From positions 1,693 to 65,692 of the forward strand of contig JAGAKD010000090.1 in NCBI GenBank assembly GCA_017625815.1: DNA of 64,000 nucleotides. The letters run 5' to 3'. This document shows positions 49,135-58,719 of the stretch, piece after piece. Each line of letters begins with the position of its first letter. Position 1 is the first letter of the stretch. Under the pieces are notes generated by a model, which was not told the origin of the DNA, did no database searches, and worked only from the letters and a program-made list of their open reading frames with translations. Source of the stretch: Lachnospiraceae bacterium (lineage in GTDB: Bacteria; Bacillota; Clostridia; Lachnospirales; Lachnospiraceae). Both the position numbers and the translations under genes were made by a program.

Positions 49135-50562
49135 ATGAGAAAATTATTGTTCCCTCCAATAGTTCCAAACTCACTTCCTGCTTTTGATAAAAATCAAAAG
49201 TTAAGATACTACTTTAAACCATCAATAGCTAACTCAATGTCTGAAATAAAACATTTACAAATGTCTATTGTAAGATTAGACACTAACGGAAGTATCCTAA
49301 CAGATACAAATAGTTATCCTTATGATGTTTTATTTAAGGAGAGTAGCGAAATAAAAGAGGATACAAGTAAAGGATTTTGGTATGTAGATGTTCCCGCTTC
49401 TATATTTCCAGACTCTGATACAGCCTATAAAGTTCAAATTAGATTAGGTGAAACAGATATAAGTGGTATGACTACTCAACAACTAGGGAGTGTTATGAAA
49501 GACTATGATAAGTTGTCTGAGTGGTCTATTGTAACCATTGTTATGCCTATTACTGTTCCAGACTTTGGAATTCAATCTTTTGATACTAATATTGAAAATA
49601 GAGTTGTATCAACTGGTCATATCTTTAATGGATATTATGAAGCAAGAGACCCAAATCGAGCAGAAACATTAAGTTCATATAGATTTAATCTTTATAGTGG
49701 AGACGCTTCAAAAGATAGTAAAACATGGAAACTACTTTCTACAAGCGGTGAAAAATATATTGGAATTACAGACAGAGTTAATATGTCATATACATTCCCT
49801 TATGAACTAAAAGAGAATGAAAGATTTATTGTTACTCTAACTATAAAATCAAAGAATTTATATACAAGTACAAAAGTATACAAAATCTACTCTGCTGCGC
49901 ATCCTATATTAGAAATGTTTAACTCTATTGATGTAGTGCCTAACTATGAAGACGCACAAATGGATATTACTGTAAGAGCAAAACAAATTCTTATGAAACT
50001 AGAACCTGGAGCAACAGTTACTTACTACAAAGATACCAAAGAACCTAACGTATCTCAGTATCCAAACTTAAAAGCAACTCACGCAAAGATAGATGGTTCT
50101 ATTATCAGTAATAATGATATATCTTTAACAACTAAAGATGGAATATGGATTTGTCAATTTAAAGCTATGTTCCCTAAGTACAGAGAATCATTAGCTGAAA
50201 TAATAGCTATGCCAAATATAGAAATATCTCAAGCTAATCAAACTGGAGATAATGGTCTTGTCTCAAAAATAAAAGTTGGTTGTATGAGAATAAATTTAGC
50301 ATATCCAACCACAGGCAATCCAAATCCAGCAGAGGAGTGGGAATATAGATTTGTGGTTAGAAAAGAAATGGTTATTAGTTCTAATGGAAAAGAAGAGGTT
50401 ATTCTAGCTCAGAATAAAGTTATTCGTCATAGTGGAGCAATAAACCCAAAACAAGAATATTATTTCTATATAAAAGAAGACAATGGCAGCTTATATGTAG
50501 ACGTAAAGAAAACATATTTAAGCACAGATTTAGATACTAGAGAAGTATCAAAAGAGATTTAA
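49135..50562 (+). CDS. putative structural (baseplate/tail) protein
   Basis: Start moved to ATG 49135 after AGGAGG; beta-rich with YKVQIR and SEWS Fn3-like motifs. Confidence 0.55.
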   Translation: MRKLLFPPIVPNSLPAFDKNQKLRYYFKPSIANSMSEIKHLQMSIVRLDTNGSILTDTNSYPYDVLFKESSEIKEDTSKGFWYVDVPASIFPDSDTAYKVQIRLGETDISGMTTQQLGSVMKDYDKLSEWSIVTIVMPITVPDFGIQSFDTNIENRVVSTGHIFNGYYEARDPNRAETLSSYRFNLYSGDASKDSKTWKLLSTSGEKYIGITDRVNMSYTFPYELKENERFIVTLTIKSKNLYTSTKVYKIYSAAHPILEMFNSIDVVPNYEDAQMDITVRAKQILMKLEPGATVTYYKDTKEPNVSQYPNLKATHAKIDGSIISNNDISLTTKDGIWICQFKAMFPKYRESLAEIIAMPNIEISQANQTGDNGLVSKIKVGCMRINLAYPTTGNPNPAEEWEYRFVVRKEMVISSNGKEEVILAQNKVIRHSGAINPKQEYYFYIKEDNGSLYVDVKKTYLSTDLDTREVSKEI

Positions 50563-50575
50563 AGGAGGAGATTAA

Positions 50576-51220
50576 ATGGCTAAAGTTACGATGCCTAGAG
50601 TGACAATAGTTCCAGGTGTTGAAAACTCAACTATAAATGTACAACTTACAAAGGCAACTCAAATTAACGCAGGTAATCCTAGTGCCTTTCCATTAGCAAA
50701 GGACAACTTTAAAGGGTTGAACTATCAATCTGCGTCAAAGTCTGAGTTAAAAACTCAATTAGCTGAATACTATGCTATAATGAATAGAATAATGGCTGGC
50801 ACTAAAACTGATGCGGACCTAGCTAATTTAACAACTTTAACTACTCAAATTAGAGAGTTTGTATTAACAGATGATGATTATAATTTAGTAGTTGGAGCTT
50901 TACAAAACATGCAAACTTATATCTTAAACTTTATGTATACAGATATTAATAATAAGGCAAAAGCAATGGATGCTCAACTAAACGCAGTAATAGGAGATAT
51001 AAACAGATTTATGTCAGACTTGGAGACAGTTTACTCTAAATCTCCTTCTCAATACCCAATTCCAGATAATAGCGTTCTTACTGCTAAACTTGAGCAACCA
51101 GTCCAAGATACTTTAACTTATACAAACTCAACTAGAGGAGTAATTATATCTAACACAAAGCCAGCAAACCCAGTATCTAAAGAGATAATCTGGTTTAACA
51201 CAGGGACTCCAGTAAGATAA
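50576..51220 (+). CDS. hypothetical structural protein
   Basis: RBS AAGGAGG; helical core; C-terminal ISNTKP...IWF motif typical of tail proteins. Confidence 0.55.
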   Translation: MAKVTMPRVTIVPGVENSTINVQLTKATQINAGNPSAFPLAKDNFKGLNYQSASKSELKTQLAEYYAIMNRIMAGTKTDADLANLTTLTTQIREFVLTDDDYNLVVGALQNMQTYILNFMYTDINNKAKAMDAQLNAVIGDINRFMSDLETVYSKSPSQYPIPDNSVLTAKLEQPVQDTLTYTNSTRGVIISNTKPANPVSKEIIWFNTGTPVR

Positions 51221-52290
51221 TGGCAGTATTATTTAACGGAGTGTTGGTATCAAGAGAAGCTGGCTCTCTGATGCCTTCAATGAATTTAGACAAAATAAAA
51301 ATAACTGACACAGTTATGAATGCTATAAAACTAGATTCTGGAGCTAACAAACTAACAAAAGACGATACTGGAGAACACTCTACTCCAATTAACTCTGATA
51401 AAAACAATCTTCCTATAATCCACAATGGAGCCTGGTCTCTTGAAACAGAGTTCTATGCTAATTTTAATGGAGATTTAGAGGCTGGACCACTTAGCTTTTA
51501 TGGAAATGAAATAAATGGAATGGCTATTAGAAGAAGTTCAAATAGAGACAACTTTTCTAATTGGGAAGATATAAGAGTTATTGATGACATAACAAATGTA
51601 GTAAATAAAGATAATGAATACTCTTTTAAAGACAGATGTATTGAAAGCGGAATATGGTATATGTATGCTATACAACCAATATCTGGAGACAAAAGGGGTA
51701 GCTTATTTAAATCCCCTAAAAGAGCTCTTATATTTGATAGTGCTTACTTAGTTGGAGAAGGCGGCAAACAATTAAACCTTAAATTCGATACGTCTATATC
51801 ATCTTTTAAAAGAAATATAAAAGAAAGTAGAATTGAGACAATAAGTTCTAAATATCCTTTTATAACAAGAAACGCAAATGTAGACTATAGAGAATTTCCT
51901 TTAACTGGATTAATAACACATTTTATGGATGAGTCTGAAGAGTTTGCTCCAAGAGCAGACTTATTTGTAGATGATGAATTCGCAGATGGAGTTATAGACT
52001 TAGCCCCGGATTATGAGGCTTTATATAGAACATTTGGAGTTAATGATTTTAATAACACTACTCTTGAAAGAGAATTTAGAGAAAAGGTTTATGATTTTCT
52101 AGTAGATGGAAAACCTAAACTATTTAAATCCCCTAAAGAGGGTAATATACTTGTTAGACTAATGGACGTAAATCTAACTCCTAGACAAGATATTAACGGA
52201 GGAATGGTTTATACTTTTAGTTGTAATGCTATTGAGATAGATAAAGCTAGCATAGAAAACTTAGAAAAATATGGTATTCAAAGGAGATAG
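51220..52290 (+). CDS. distal-tail (Dit)-like protein (putative)
   Basis: ETISSKYPFI..N..V.Y..F...G and FL.DGKPKLFKSP.EGN..V motifs; translationally coupled to the previous gene. Confidence 0.5.
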   Translation: MAVLFNGVLVSREAGSLMPSMNLDKIKITDTVMNAIKLDSGANKLTKDDTGEHSTPINSDKNNLPIIHNGAWSLETEFYANFNGDLEAGPLSFYGNEINGMAIRRSSNRDNFSNWEDIRVIDDITNVVNKDNEYSFKDRCIESGIWYMYAIQPISGDKRGSLFKSPKRALIFDSAYLVGEGGKQLNLKFDTSISSFKRNIKESRIETISSKYPFITRNANVDYREFPLTGLITHFMDESEEFAPRADLFVDDEFADGVIDLAPDYEALYRTFGVNDFNNTTLEREFREKVYDFLVDGKPKLFKSPKEGNILVRLMDVNLTPRQDINGGMVYTFSCNAIEIDKASIENLEKYGIQRR

Positions 52291-52295
52291 GTGTA

Positions 52296-54059
52296 ATGGT
52301 TAGCTTAGATTTTTTACAAGACCAATACTTTTTAAAAGAGTTAGAGAACTACCCAATAAAAGAGCAACACTTAAAAGTTGAACTATTAGACTTTTCTGAG
52401 AATACTATTGCTGAAATTCAAGGAAAATGCGTTTCGGGTAGCTTAAATTTAGATGGTGCTAGTTCTATGAGAAGAACTTGTACCTTCTCTTTAATAGTAG
52501 ATGAAAATACATACGACTTGACTAATGTTGAGAGTATGATTTCTATAAATAAGAAAATAAAGTTGTATACTGGCTACACTAACTTTATGGATAAATACAA
52601 AGCCTATGGAGATATAATTTGGTTTCCACTAGGCACTTTTGTTATGGTGTCTCCTTCTATAAATCATAGTGTATCTGGGTCAACTATTAATATAACTGCC
52701 AAGGATAAAATGTGTTTATTGAATGGAGAGGTTGGTGGCTCTTTACCAGCTCCAGTTTCTTTACACGAAAAATACATTAGGAATGAAGATGGCACTACTA
52801 CAGTAGAGTACGTTAATATGTATGATATTGTTAGAGAAGCTGTTATTCACTTAGGTGGGGAAGACCCATCTAAGGTTATTATAAATGATATTCCATTAAA
52901 GGTTAAAAAGTTAGTTAGATACATAGGACATAAACCTCTTTATTATGACGCAGATGGAGATGAAACAGATGAACCTGTTAGTGGAGGAAGAACTCTACAA
53001 CATGGAGACTTAGCTGGCTATGACTGGGTTGATTTTACATACCCAGGGGAACTTATAAAACAAGCAGGAGAGTCTGTGACCTCAATATTAGACTCTATCA
53101 GTAATGTGTTAGGGAATTATGAATACTTCTATGACGTTAATGGCAACTTTGTCTTTCAAGAGAAAAAGAACTACTTGAATACTAGCTATGTCCCAATTAC
53201 AGAATTACCTAATGGAAGTTATTCAGTTAACTTTGGAGAAGATTATATCGCTTATTCTTTTAAAGATAGCAATATAATTTCTAGTTATAACAATACTCCA
53301 AACTGGTTAAATATTAAAAATGATTTTGTTGTATGGGGCAAAAGAAAGACTACTAGTGGGGCGGAAGTTCCCATAAGATACCATGTTGCTATTGATAAAA
53401 AACCTGTAGTTCCAAGTAGTTATGGCGACATCCCTTGGCAAGTATTCTTATATGAATATGGAAAAAATGCGGAAAACAACGCAACAGATGCTGGATATTA
53501 CTACACAGAACTACAGAATGAAATTCCAAAACTAATTAATGATGACAAACAATGGAAAAAAATAGACCCATCTTCTATGGACTATTTTTTAGACTTTATA
53601 GACGCTGATAGCGAGCTAGGAAAGTTCTCTGTTGGAGCTATTGGAAGAAGAACAAAAGTAGTCGTAGATGATTCTGTTACCACTTTATATCAACCACCAG
53701 TTCCAGACTATGTTATAGTTGATGTTAACGACCCAAATGCTAGTTCCATAACAGCAGAACTAAGAAAGAGAGGTCAAGCATATATCCAAGTAAGCAACAG
53801 AGATGCTTATACCTATGCGGGAATAGGAAAAGACGCGTTTAGTGTAATAAGAGAATTAATCATGAACCACACTTCATATAGTGAAACTATCAATATAACT
53901 GCCTTACCTTTATATTATTTAGAGCCAAATATAAGGATAGAAGTTGAAGATAAGTTATCCAATATATATGGAGATTATATTATAAGAAGTATTTCTTTAC
54001 CACTAACTCATGAAGGTACTATGTCTATCAGTGCGGTGAGAGCAACAAATAGACTATAA
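52296..54059 (+). CDS. baseplate hub/Tal-like tail protein (DUF5048-like)
   Basis: GSLNLDG.S.MRRTC, WFPLGTF, A.DKM..L.G, YEYFYDVNG.FVFQ and P.YYLEPN.RI motifs. Confidence 0.6.
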   Translation: MVSLDFLQDQYFLKELENYPIKEQHLKVELLDFSENTIAEIQGKCVSGSLNLDGASSMRRTCTFSLIVDENTYDLTNVESMISINKKIKLYTGYTNFMDKYKAYGDIIWFPLGTFVMVSPSINHSVSGSTINITAKDKMCLLNGEVGGSLPAPVSLHEKYIRNEDGTTTVEYVNMYDIVREAVIHLGGEDPSKVIINDIPLKVKKLVRYIGHKPLYYDADGDETDEPVSGGRTLQHGDLAGYDWVDFTYPGELIKQAGESVTSILDSISNVLGNYEYFYDVNGNFVFQEKKNYLNTSYVPITELPNGSYSVNFGEDYIAYSFKDSNIISSYNNTPNWLNIKNDFVVWGKRKTTSGAEVPIRYHVAIDKKPVVPSSYGDIPWQVFLYEYGKNAENNATDAGYYYTELQNEIPKLINDDKQWKKIDPSSMDYFLDFIDADSELGKFSVGAIGRRTKVVVDDSVTTLYQPPVPDYVIVDVNDPNASSITAELRKRGQAYIQVSNRDAYTYAGIGKDAFSVIRELIMNHTSYSETINITALPLYYLEPNIRIEVEDKLSNIYGDYIIRSISLPLTHEGTMSISAVRATNRL

Positions 54060-54078
54060 ACTTTAGGAGGAAAGTAAA

Positions 54079-54441
54079 ATGGAAACTAGTCTTGAACCAG
54101 TAGTTAATTTAATAACTCAAACAGGTGTATGGTGTGTTACTGCGTATATCTTAGGAAGACATCTTCTTCGAGAGAAACAACAAGATAGACAAGATAACAA
54201 AGAAGAAAAAGAAAGACTTTATGGATTAATTGAAAATCAAGGTAAGATTTTAGAGCAACAAAAGGAATTGCTTAGTCAACAAGTTAAGATGTCTAACCAC
54301 AACAAGGAAGTGCTAGACCGACTTGCTGATATACAAGTACTTCAAACTAATAGACTTGATAGAATTGAGGAAAGACAAACTAAACTGGAAGAAGAAATCA
54401 AGGACCTTAGGAAAAGTTTACAAAATAAAAATGGGGAGTAG
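54079..54441 (+). CDS. BhlA/UviB-like holin candidate
   Basis: Single N-terminal hydrophobic helix (LITQTGVWCVTAYIL) followed by a coiled coil. Confidence 0.5.
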   Translation: METSLEPVVNLITQTGVWCVTAYILGRHLLREKQQDRQDNKEEKERLYGLIENQGKILEQQKELLSQQVKMSNHNKEVLDRLADIQVLQTNRLDRIEERQTKLEEEIKDLRKSLQNKNGE

Positions 54442-54462
54442 TTAATAACTACCCCCAATTTA
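54432..54462. terminator. hairpin at the convergence of the two transcription arms
   Basis: TGGGGAGTAGTTA/TAACTACCCCCA stem containing both stop codons. Confidence 0.7.
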
Positions 54463-54949
54463 TTTCTTTGCTGTCCATTTCTATTACATGTTTTCCGATA
54501 CAAATGCTATCACATATATCTTGGATAGCTTTTACACCAAACTCCGCCTCGACATATTTTTGAGCATTTCTTTTCTGTTCAGCTCTTGCCCTACCCTTTA
54601 TATTACAAGTTGACTTCCAAGTATTAGAAGAAACTATTTCATAAGGGATATTAAACTCAACTAGAGTTTCTAATAGAATTGCTTGAACATATGCTAACTT
54701 CTTAAAGGTTTCCACATTTCCATGAGCAGTAGTCCCAGGTATCTGCTGAAGTTGTATTTCCTCAAAAGCCACTTTACTTGGTTTGTGAGTTTTAAATAAC
54801 TCAATTATAAACCCTCTTATTTCCTTTAGCTTTTCCGCAGTTGAGGCATCAGACGTTGTAAACTTGTCATAAGAAACAAGACTTCCATCTTCAAAGATGG
54901 AATATCCTGTTGTATTTAATGCTTGGTCGAAGGCGATTAGCTTAGACAT
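54449..54949 (-). CDS. ruvC: RuvC-like Holliday junction resolvase
   Basis: IAFDQA..TTGYS, VAFEE, WKS and D.CDSICI motifs. Confidence 0.85.
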   Translation of the reverse strand: MSKLIAFDQALNTTGYSIFEDGSLVSYDKFTTSDASTAEKLKEIRGFIIELFKTHKPSKVAFEEIQLQQIPGTTAHGNVETFKKLAYVQAILLETLVEFNIPYEIVSSNTWKSTCNIKGRARAEQKRNAQKYVEAEFGVKAIQDICDSICIGKHVIEMDSKEINWG

Positions 54950-55601
54950 CTGTTTCAGTCATTTCAGCTTCAACTTCCTCAGTTGTTGAGCCGAATCCTC
55001 CAACTCTATCATTCTTCTCTACTAAAAAGTCATCATCTGTTACTGCGAATCTAACAAATTTAGCTTGACCAATTATTTCACCCTTCTTAATCTTAATTGG
55101 GAAAGGTAATAGATTAATTACTTGAAAGAAGATTTCTCCTTCATTATCTGGATTATCAACATAGTCGGCATCAATTATTCCAGTTGAATTGGCTAATATT
55201 AACCAATATTTTAAAGGAGAAGAACTTCTTATATATAAATCTAATGAGTATTCATCATCCATATAAGCCTTATATCCAGTTGGAATTAAAGTTGGTTTGA
55301 AACCAGTTTGTTTTGTTAAGGCTGAAACCTCATCAATAGTACAAGTAGCAAGAGTATCAACCATTTGTTGAGCAATGTCAGGCTTGCCCGCGTCAACCAT
55401 TTTTTGAATTGCTCCTTGAACTTCTTCTGTTAATTTTTGACGAGCAACTATATCTCCTAAATCAGAAGTTAGTCTTCCCATAGGATAAACAATTACATCT
55501 TCAGCAGCAACCATGTCATAACAAGCTGCGTTCTTAGTCTTTCTAACTGGCTCAGCTATTTCTACATTTTCAAATCTTTTTACTTTTTCAAATTTAAACA
55601 T
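54942..55601 (-). CDS. dut: trimeric dUTPase with a ~60-aa insertion
   Basis: Motifs I-V: ACYD, RSS, GIIDADY, IGQ, RVGGFGST. Confidence 0.92.
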   Translation of the reverse strand: MFKFEKVKRFENVEIAEPVRKTKNAACYDMVAAEDVIVYPMGRLTSDLGDIVARQKLTEEVQGAIQKMVDAGKPDIAQQMVDTLATCTIDEVSALTKQTGFKPTLIPTGYKAYMDDEYSLDLYIRSSSPLKYWLILANSTGIIDADYVDNPDNEGEIFFQVINLLPFPIKIKKGEIIGQAKFVRFAVTDDDFLVEKNDRVGGFGSTTEEVEAEMTETDV

Positions 55602-55630
55602 ATACTTCTCTCCTTTTACTCTTTTTAATC

Positions 55631-55897
55631 TTATCTTGTAAAGTCTGTTATTATATCGCTATTATAAGCAATGCTAACATCTGAGGTTGGTTCTTTAGGG
55701 TCATTGAACTTCTTTTTAACTGTTACTAAACAGTATTCATCAACAATCTCTCCTTTTTGCTTAACTTGCTTTTGTTGGTAAGCAAAACTTTCTAATTCAA
55801 AGTGAGGGTCTCCTTTTAAATCTTTATGGAATTGTTCAACCTCACCAACTGAATCCACTCTATATACGTCTGTTGTCTTTACTAAATAAATACTCAT
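55631..55897 (-). CDS. hypothetical protein
   Basis: RBS AAGGAG; 88 aa. Confidence 0.65.
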   Translation of the reverse strand: MSIYLVKTTDVYRVDSVGEVEQFHKDLKGDPHFELESFAYQQKQVKQKGEIVDEYCLVTVKKKFNDPKEPTSDVSIAYNSDIITDFTR

Positions 55898-55934
55898 TAA
55901 TCATCTCTCCTTTTTATCTTTGCTTTATAAATAT

Positions 55935-55964
55935 ATTATATCATATGAAAGTTTATTTTGTCAA
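55935..55964 (-). promoter_or_regulatory. sigmaA-type promoter overlapping the end of the upstream CDS
   Basis: TTGACA-18-TATAAT with TG extension on the minus strand. Confidence 0.65.
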
Positions 55965-56226
55965 TATTTTTTGAAAAATTCTTTGAAACTAAGCTATTTT
56001 CAAATTTTTCTAAAGTCTTTGTTATGTTTGCTGTAGCAAGAGGTTTTATGAAGACATTTTCTATTTCCATTTCATTTGCTATTTCTACTGTTTTCTCTTC
56101 CACCTCAGAAATATCTGAGACAGTGTGTCGAAGCATAATTTTGTCTCCCTCATAAACCGTTATTGTTGCTCCAAGACTAAAGTTTGATAAATCTACTAAC
56201 ATTATTCTATCATCTAAAGTAAACAT
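55936..56226 (-). CDS. hypothetical protein
   Basis: RBS AAGGAGGAG; 96 aa. Confidence 0.65.
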   Translation of the reverse strand: MFTLDDRIMLVDLSNFSLGATITVYEGDKIMLRHTVSDISEVEEKTVEIANEMEIENVFIKPLATANITKTLEKFENSLVSKNFSKNIDKINFHMI

Positions 56227-56249
56227 ATTGTTTCTCCTCCTTTATTATA

Positions 56250-56633
56250 TTAGATTTCTATTACACCTAAGTCATAAACAAATAAAGCATAGAAAGCATC
56301 ATCTATCCATATTTCAATAGCATTGGCATCTTTCTTAACATCAAATTCTTTTATTTGACCTCTGTTCTCTAAGCACTCCATAACCTCTTTGGCTAGAGTA
56401 TCAGCTAACTCAAGTCTATTTTTATTTCTTAAAGCAAATACTGTATAGTCTTTTCTTTCATTTGATAAAAGCATAAGATACTTAAAAGCTCCATCCTCTG
56501 CTAAAGCTAGATTACGAATTTCTTTACTTAATTCATTCTTTCTTTTCTCTTCTAACTCTGGTAATTGTGCCATTAGCATCTTATTCATTGCGTGTAAATC
56601 TGTTTTTATTTCAGCTTTTTTATTGTTTTCCAT
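56250..56633 (-). CDS. hypothetical protein
   Basis: YLMLLSNERKDYTVF and AIEIW motifs; coupled to tdk. Confidence 0.65.
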   Translation of the reverse strand: MENNKKAEIKTDLHAMNKMLMAQLPELEEKRKNELSKEIRNLALAEDGAFKYLMLLSNERKDYTVFALRNKNRLELADTLAKEVMECLENRGQIKEFDVKKDANAIEIWIDDAFYALFVYDLGVIEI

Positions 56634-57211
56634 TACATTACTCTCCTTTTAACGAAACAATGATTACAAACTGCTGTATACATTTCATTTCCACCTACTG
56701 AAACTATCTCTCCGTCTGTTACCATTTTTCCATTTACTAATCTAACATTTTGTCTTGCTACTTTTCCGCAATGACACATAGACTTAAACTCTTCTACATC
56801 ATCACAGATTTCTAATATTCTTTTTGACCCTTCAAATAACTCTCCTTGGAAAGTTGTTTTTAAGCCATAGAATATCACAGGTATATTATAATTATAACAT
56901 ATTTTTTGAAAAATGTCAATTTGACTTTTTGTTAAGAATTGGCTTTCATCAACTATTATAGCATCAGGCTCAACTTCTCCAATATCTTTTAAAACCTCTA
57001 AATATAAGTCATCTGGTATCCACTTTGCCTCAGCATCTTCTAAGTTTGCTCTTGTAGAGATTACACATTTATCTACTCCATCTCTAGTATCCAATCTTGG
57101 CTTATATACAAGAGTATTTAGTCCTTTTTCCTTATAGTTATATATTACTCTTAATAAATCAAAAGTCTTTCCACTTCCCATGACCCCAGTCTTAAAAAAT
57201 ATCTTGCTCAT
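56633..57211 (-). CDS. tdk: thymidine kinase
   Basis: GVMGSGKT, DESQFL, YGLKTTFQGELFEGS and the C-terminal Zn-binding C.C...C..C. Confidence 0.95.
   Translation of the reverse strand: MSKIFFKTGVMGSGKTFDLLRVIYNYKEKGLNTLVYKPRLDTRDGVDKCVISTRANLEDAEAKWIPDDLYLEVLKDIGEVEPDAIIVDESQFLTKSQIDIFQKICYNYNIPVIFYGLKTTFQGELFEGSKRILEICDDVEEFKSMCHCGKVARQNVRLVNGKMVTDGEIVSVGGNEMYTAVCNHCFVKRRVM
56891..56919 (-). promoter_or_regulatory. consensus sigmaA promoter embedded in tdk
   Basis: TTGACA-17-TATAAT with TG extension on the minus strand. Confidence 0.65.
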
Positions 57212-57222
57212 AACAACACTCC

Positions 57223-57786
57223 TTATAGTTTCTTTACTACTTCATTCCATGTTTTACATATGTCATGATTAAGTACCATACCATCATATATTCCATAGTA
57301 GTCTAATAGAATTGGCATATTACTTTCATTAGTTTTTATATTTTTTATATCGTCATCTATTATGGCGTAGCCATTAAACACATCTTTGTTTTTCATTCTC
57401 CAGTCGACATAGTAAACTTTGCTCTCTAACTCTGGGAAATACTTTTCTACCCATCTGTGTTTATATATTACAGATTCTGGACTGTGCATTGTTGCTACTC
57501 TAACATCATATCCTTTATCTAAGAGATATTTTATACCTTCCACAGCTCCATTAAGAGGTACAGCTTTCTCATATATTTCTTTGCTAGACCTAAATAACTT
57601 AGATACATGAGAATCGTCCCATAAAGGGCAAAACTCAAAGTATTTCTTAGAACCCTTTATTCTAACATCAAGTGGTTCATCCCCAGTTATTTCTTTATAA
57701 AGAGCAGCAACAGCCCCTCTAGTATCAGCTAAAGTATCATCTATATCAACAAATATAATCTTTCTATTTTCTTCTCTTGTAAACAT
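57223..57786 (-). CDS. 5'(3')-deoxyribonucleotidase (HAD family)
   Basis: FVDIDDTLAD, K..WV.KYFP and IIDD motifs. Confidence 0.85.
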   Translation of the reverse strand: MFTREENRKIIFVDIDDTLADTRGAVAALYKEITGDEPLDVRIKGSKKYFEFCPLWDDSHVSKLFRSSKEIYEKAVPLNGAVEGIKYLLDKGYDVRVATMHSPESVIYKHRWVEKYFPELESKVYYVDWRMKNKDVFNGYAIIDDDIKNIKTNESNMPILLDYYGIYDGMVLNHDICKTWNEVVKKL

Positions 57787-58015
57787 AATCTAATCCTCCT
57801 TTTTTATAATTGGCACATAGCTTCATTAAATTCCTCTGCTATTGTGCCATCTACGAAATCTTCTGTTGTACCAATTACAAATTGGCTATTTCTTCTCTTG
57901 TGAATAACAGACCAGCATTATAAATATGTTTATTTTCATGAACATATTTATACCTATTTTCTTATTTCTTTTTATATATTATATACACTTCTTTTTTATT
58001 TCTTTCCATATATAT

Positions 58016-58044
58016 ATTATATCATAATTTTTTATATATGTCAA
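58016..58044 (-). promoter_or_regulatory. sigmaA-type promoter
   Basis: TTGACA-17-TATAAT with TG extension. Confidence 0.8.
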
Positions 58045-58067
58045 ATTTTCTATATGCTAAATATATT

Positions 58068-58562
58068 CTACAATAAAACTATCTCACCTTTTTCAAAAGT
58101 TTTAGTTAGATTTATAACTCTTTGATTAGCACTTCCTCTATACATAATATTTAAGTCTTTTTTATCTTCTTCAAATTTTCCATCTATTAATACATCAACA
58201 TATTGTAATATGTTCATAATTTTAGTGTTATTAATTACATCTTCTAATTTATAGCCAGTCCATAACCAAATAGGTTTATTCGTATTTTCTTTAATTTTAG
58301 CTAACAAATCAGCAAGAGAGTTGTCCATAGTTTGTTGTAGCGGCTCTCCACCTAATATGTTAACTCCTTTAACCTTTGGGTCTTCTACATAATGTAGGAA
58401 TACTGTTTCTGTTATTGAAGTCCACTCTTTTCCATAGTTAAAGTCTTGGTAGTCTTTATTGAAACACCCCTTACAGTTATGTGTACAACCACTAACAAAT
58501 AAAGTTGCTCTTATATTTGGTCCATTACTTATATCATATCTTCTTAGTTGAGCATATCTCAT
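58068..58562 (-). CDS. nrdG: anaerobic ribonucleotide reductase activase
   Basis: NGPNIR..LFVSGCTHNCKGCFN radical-SAM motif, LGGEP and RGSANQR; ATG 58562 after AAGGAG. Confidence 0.95.
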   Translation of the reverse strand: MRYAQLRRYDISNGPNIRATLFVSGCTHNCKGCFNKDYQDFNYGKEWTSITETVFLHYVEDPKVKGVNILGGEPLQQTMDNSLADLLAKIKENTNKPIWLWTGYKLEDVINNTKIMNILQYVDVLIDGKFEEDKKDLNIMYRGSANQRVINLTKTFEKGEIVLL

Positions 58563-58594
58563 ATAAATCACTCCTTATCATTTACTACATATAT

Positions 58595-58623
58595 ATTATA
58601 TCATTTTTTTAAGTAAAAATCAA
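58595..58623 (-). promoter_or_regulatory. sigmaA-type promoter for nrdG
   Basis: TTGATT-17-TATAAT with TG extension. Confidence 0.7.
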
Positions 58624-58692
58624 TATAGACCTTTTTGCGGAAAAAATTGCTATGCGTACAAAAATCAAGGTCGTTGACGCCACCAATAAAAC

Positions 58693-58719
58693 AAAAAAGG
58701 AGAGCAAAAGCCCTCCTTT
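58693..58719 (-). terminator. terminator after nrdD
   Basis: Minus strand AAAGGAGGGC-TTTT-GCTCTCCTTT plus T-run. Confidence 0.75.

Noticed and set aside
58575-58690. NrdR boxes or a small RNA between nrdD and nrdG
   Set aside because: Only weak AT-rich similarity to the NrdR palindrome and a 6-bp GACCTT/AAGGTC dyad; insufficient support.
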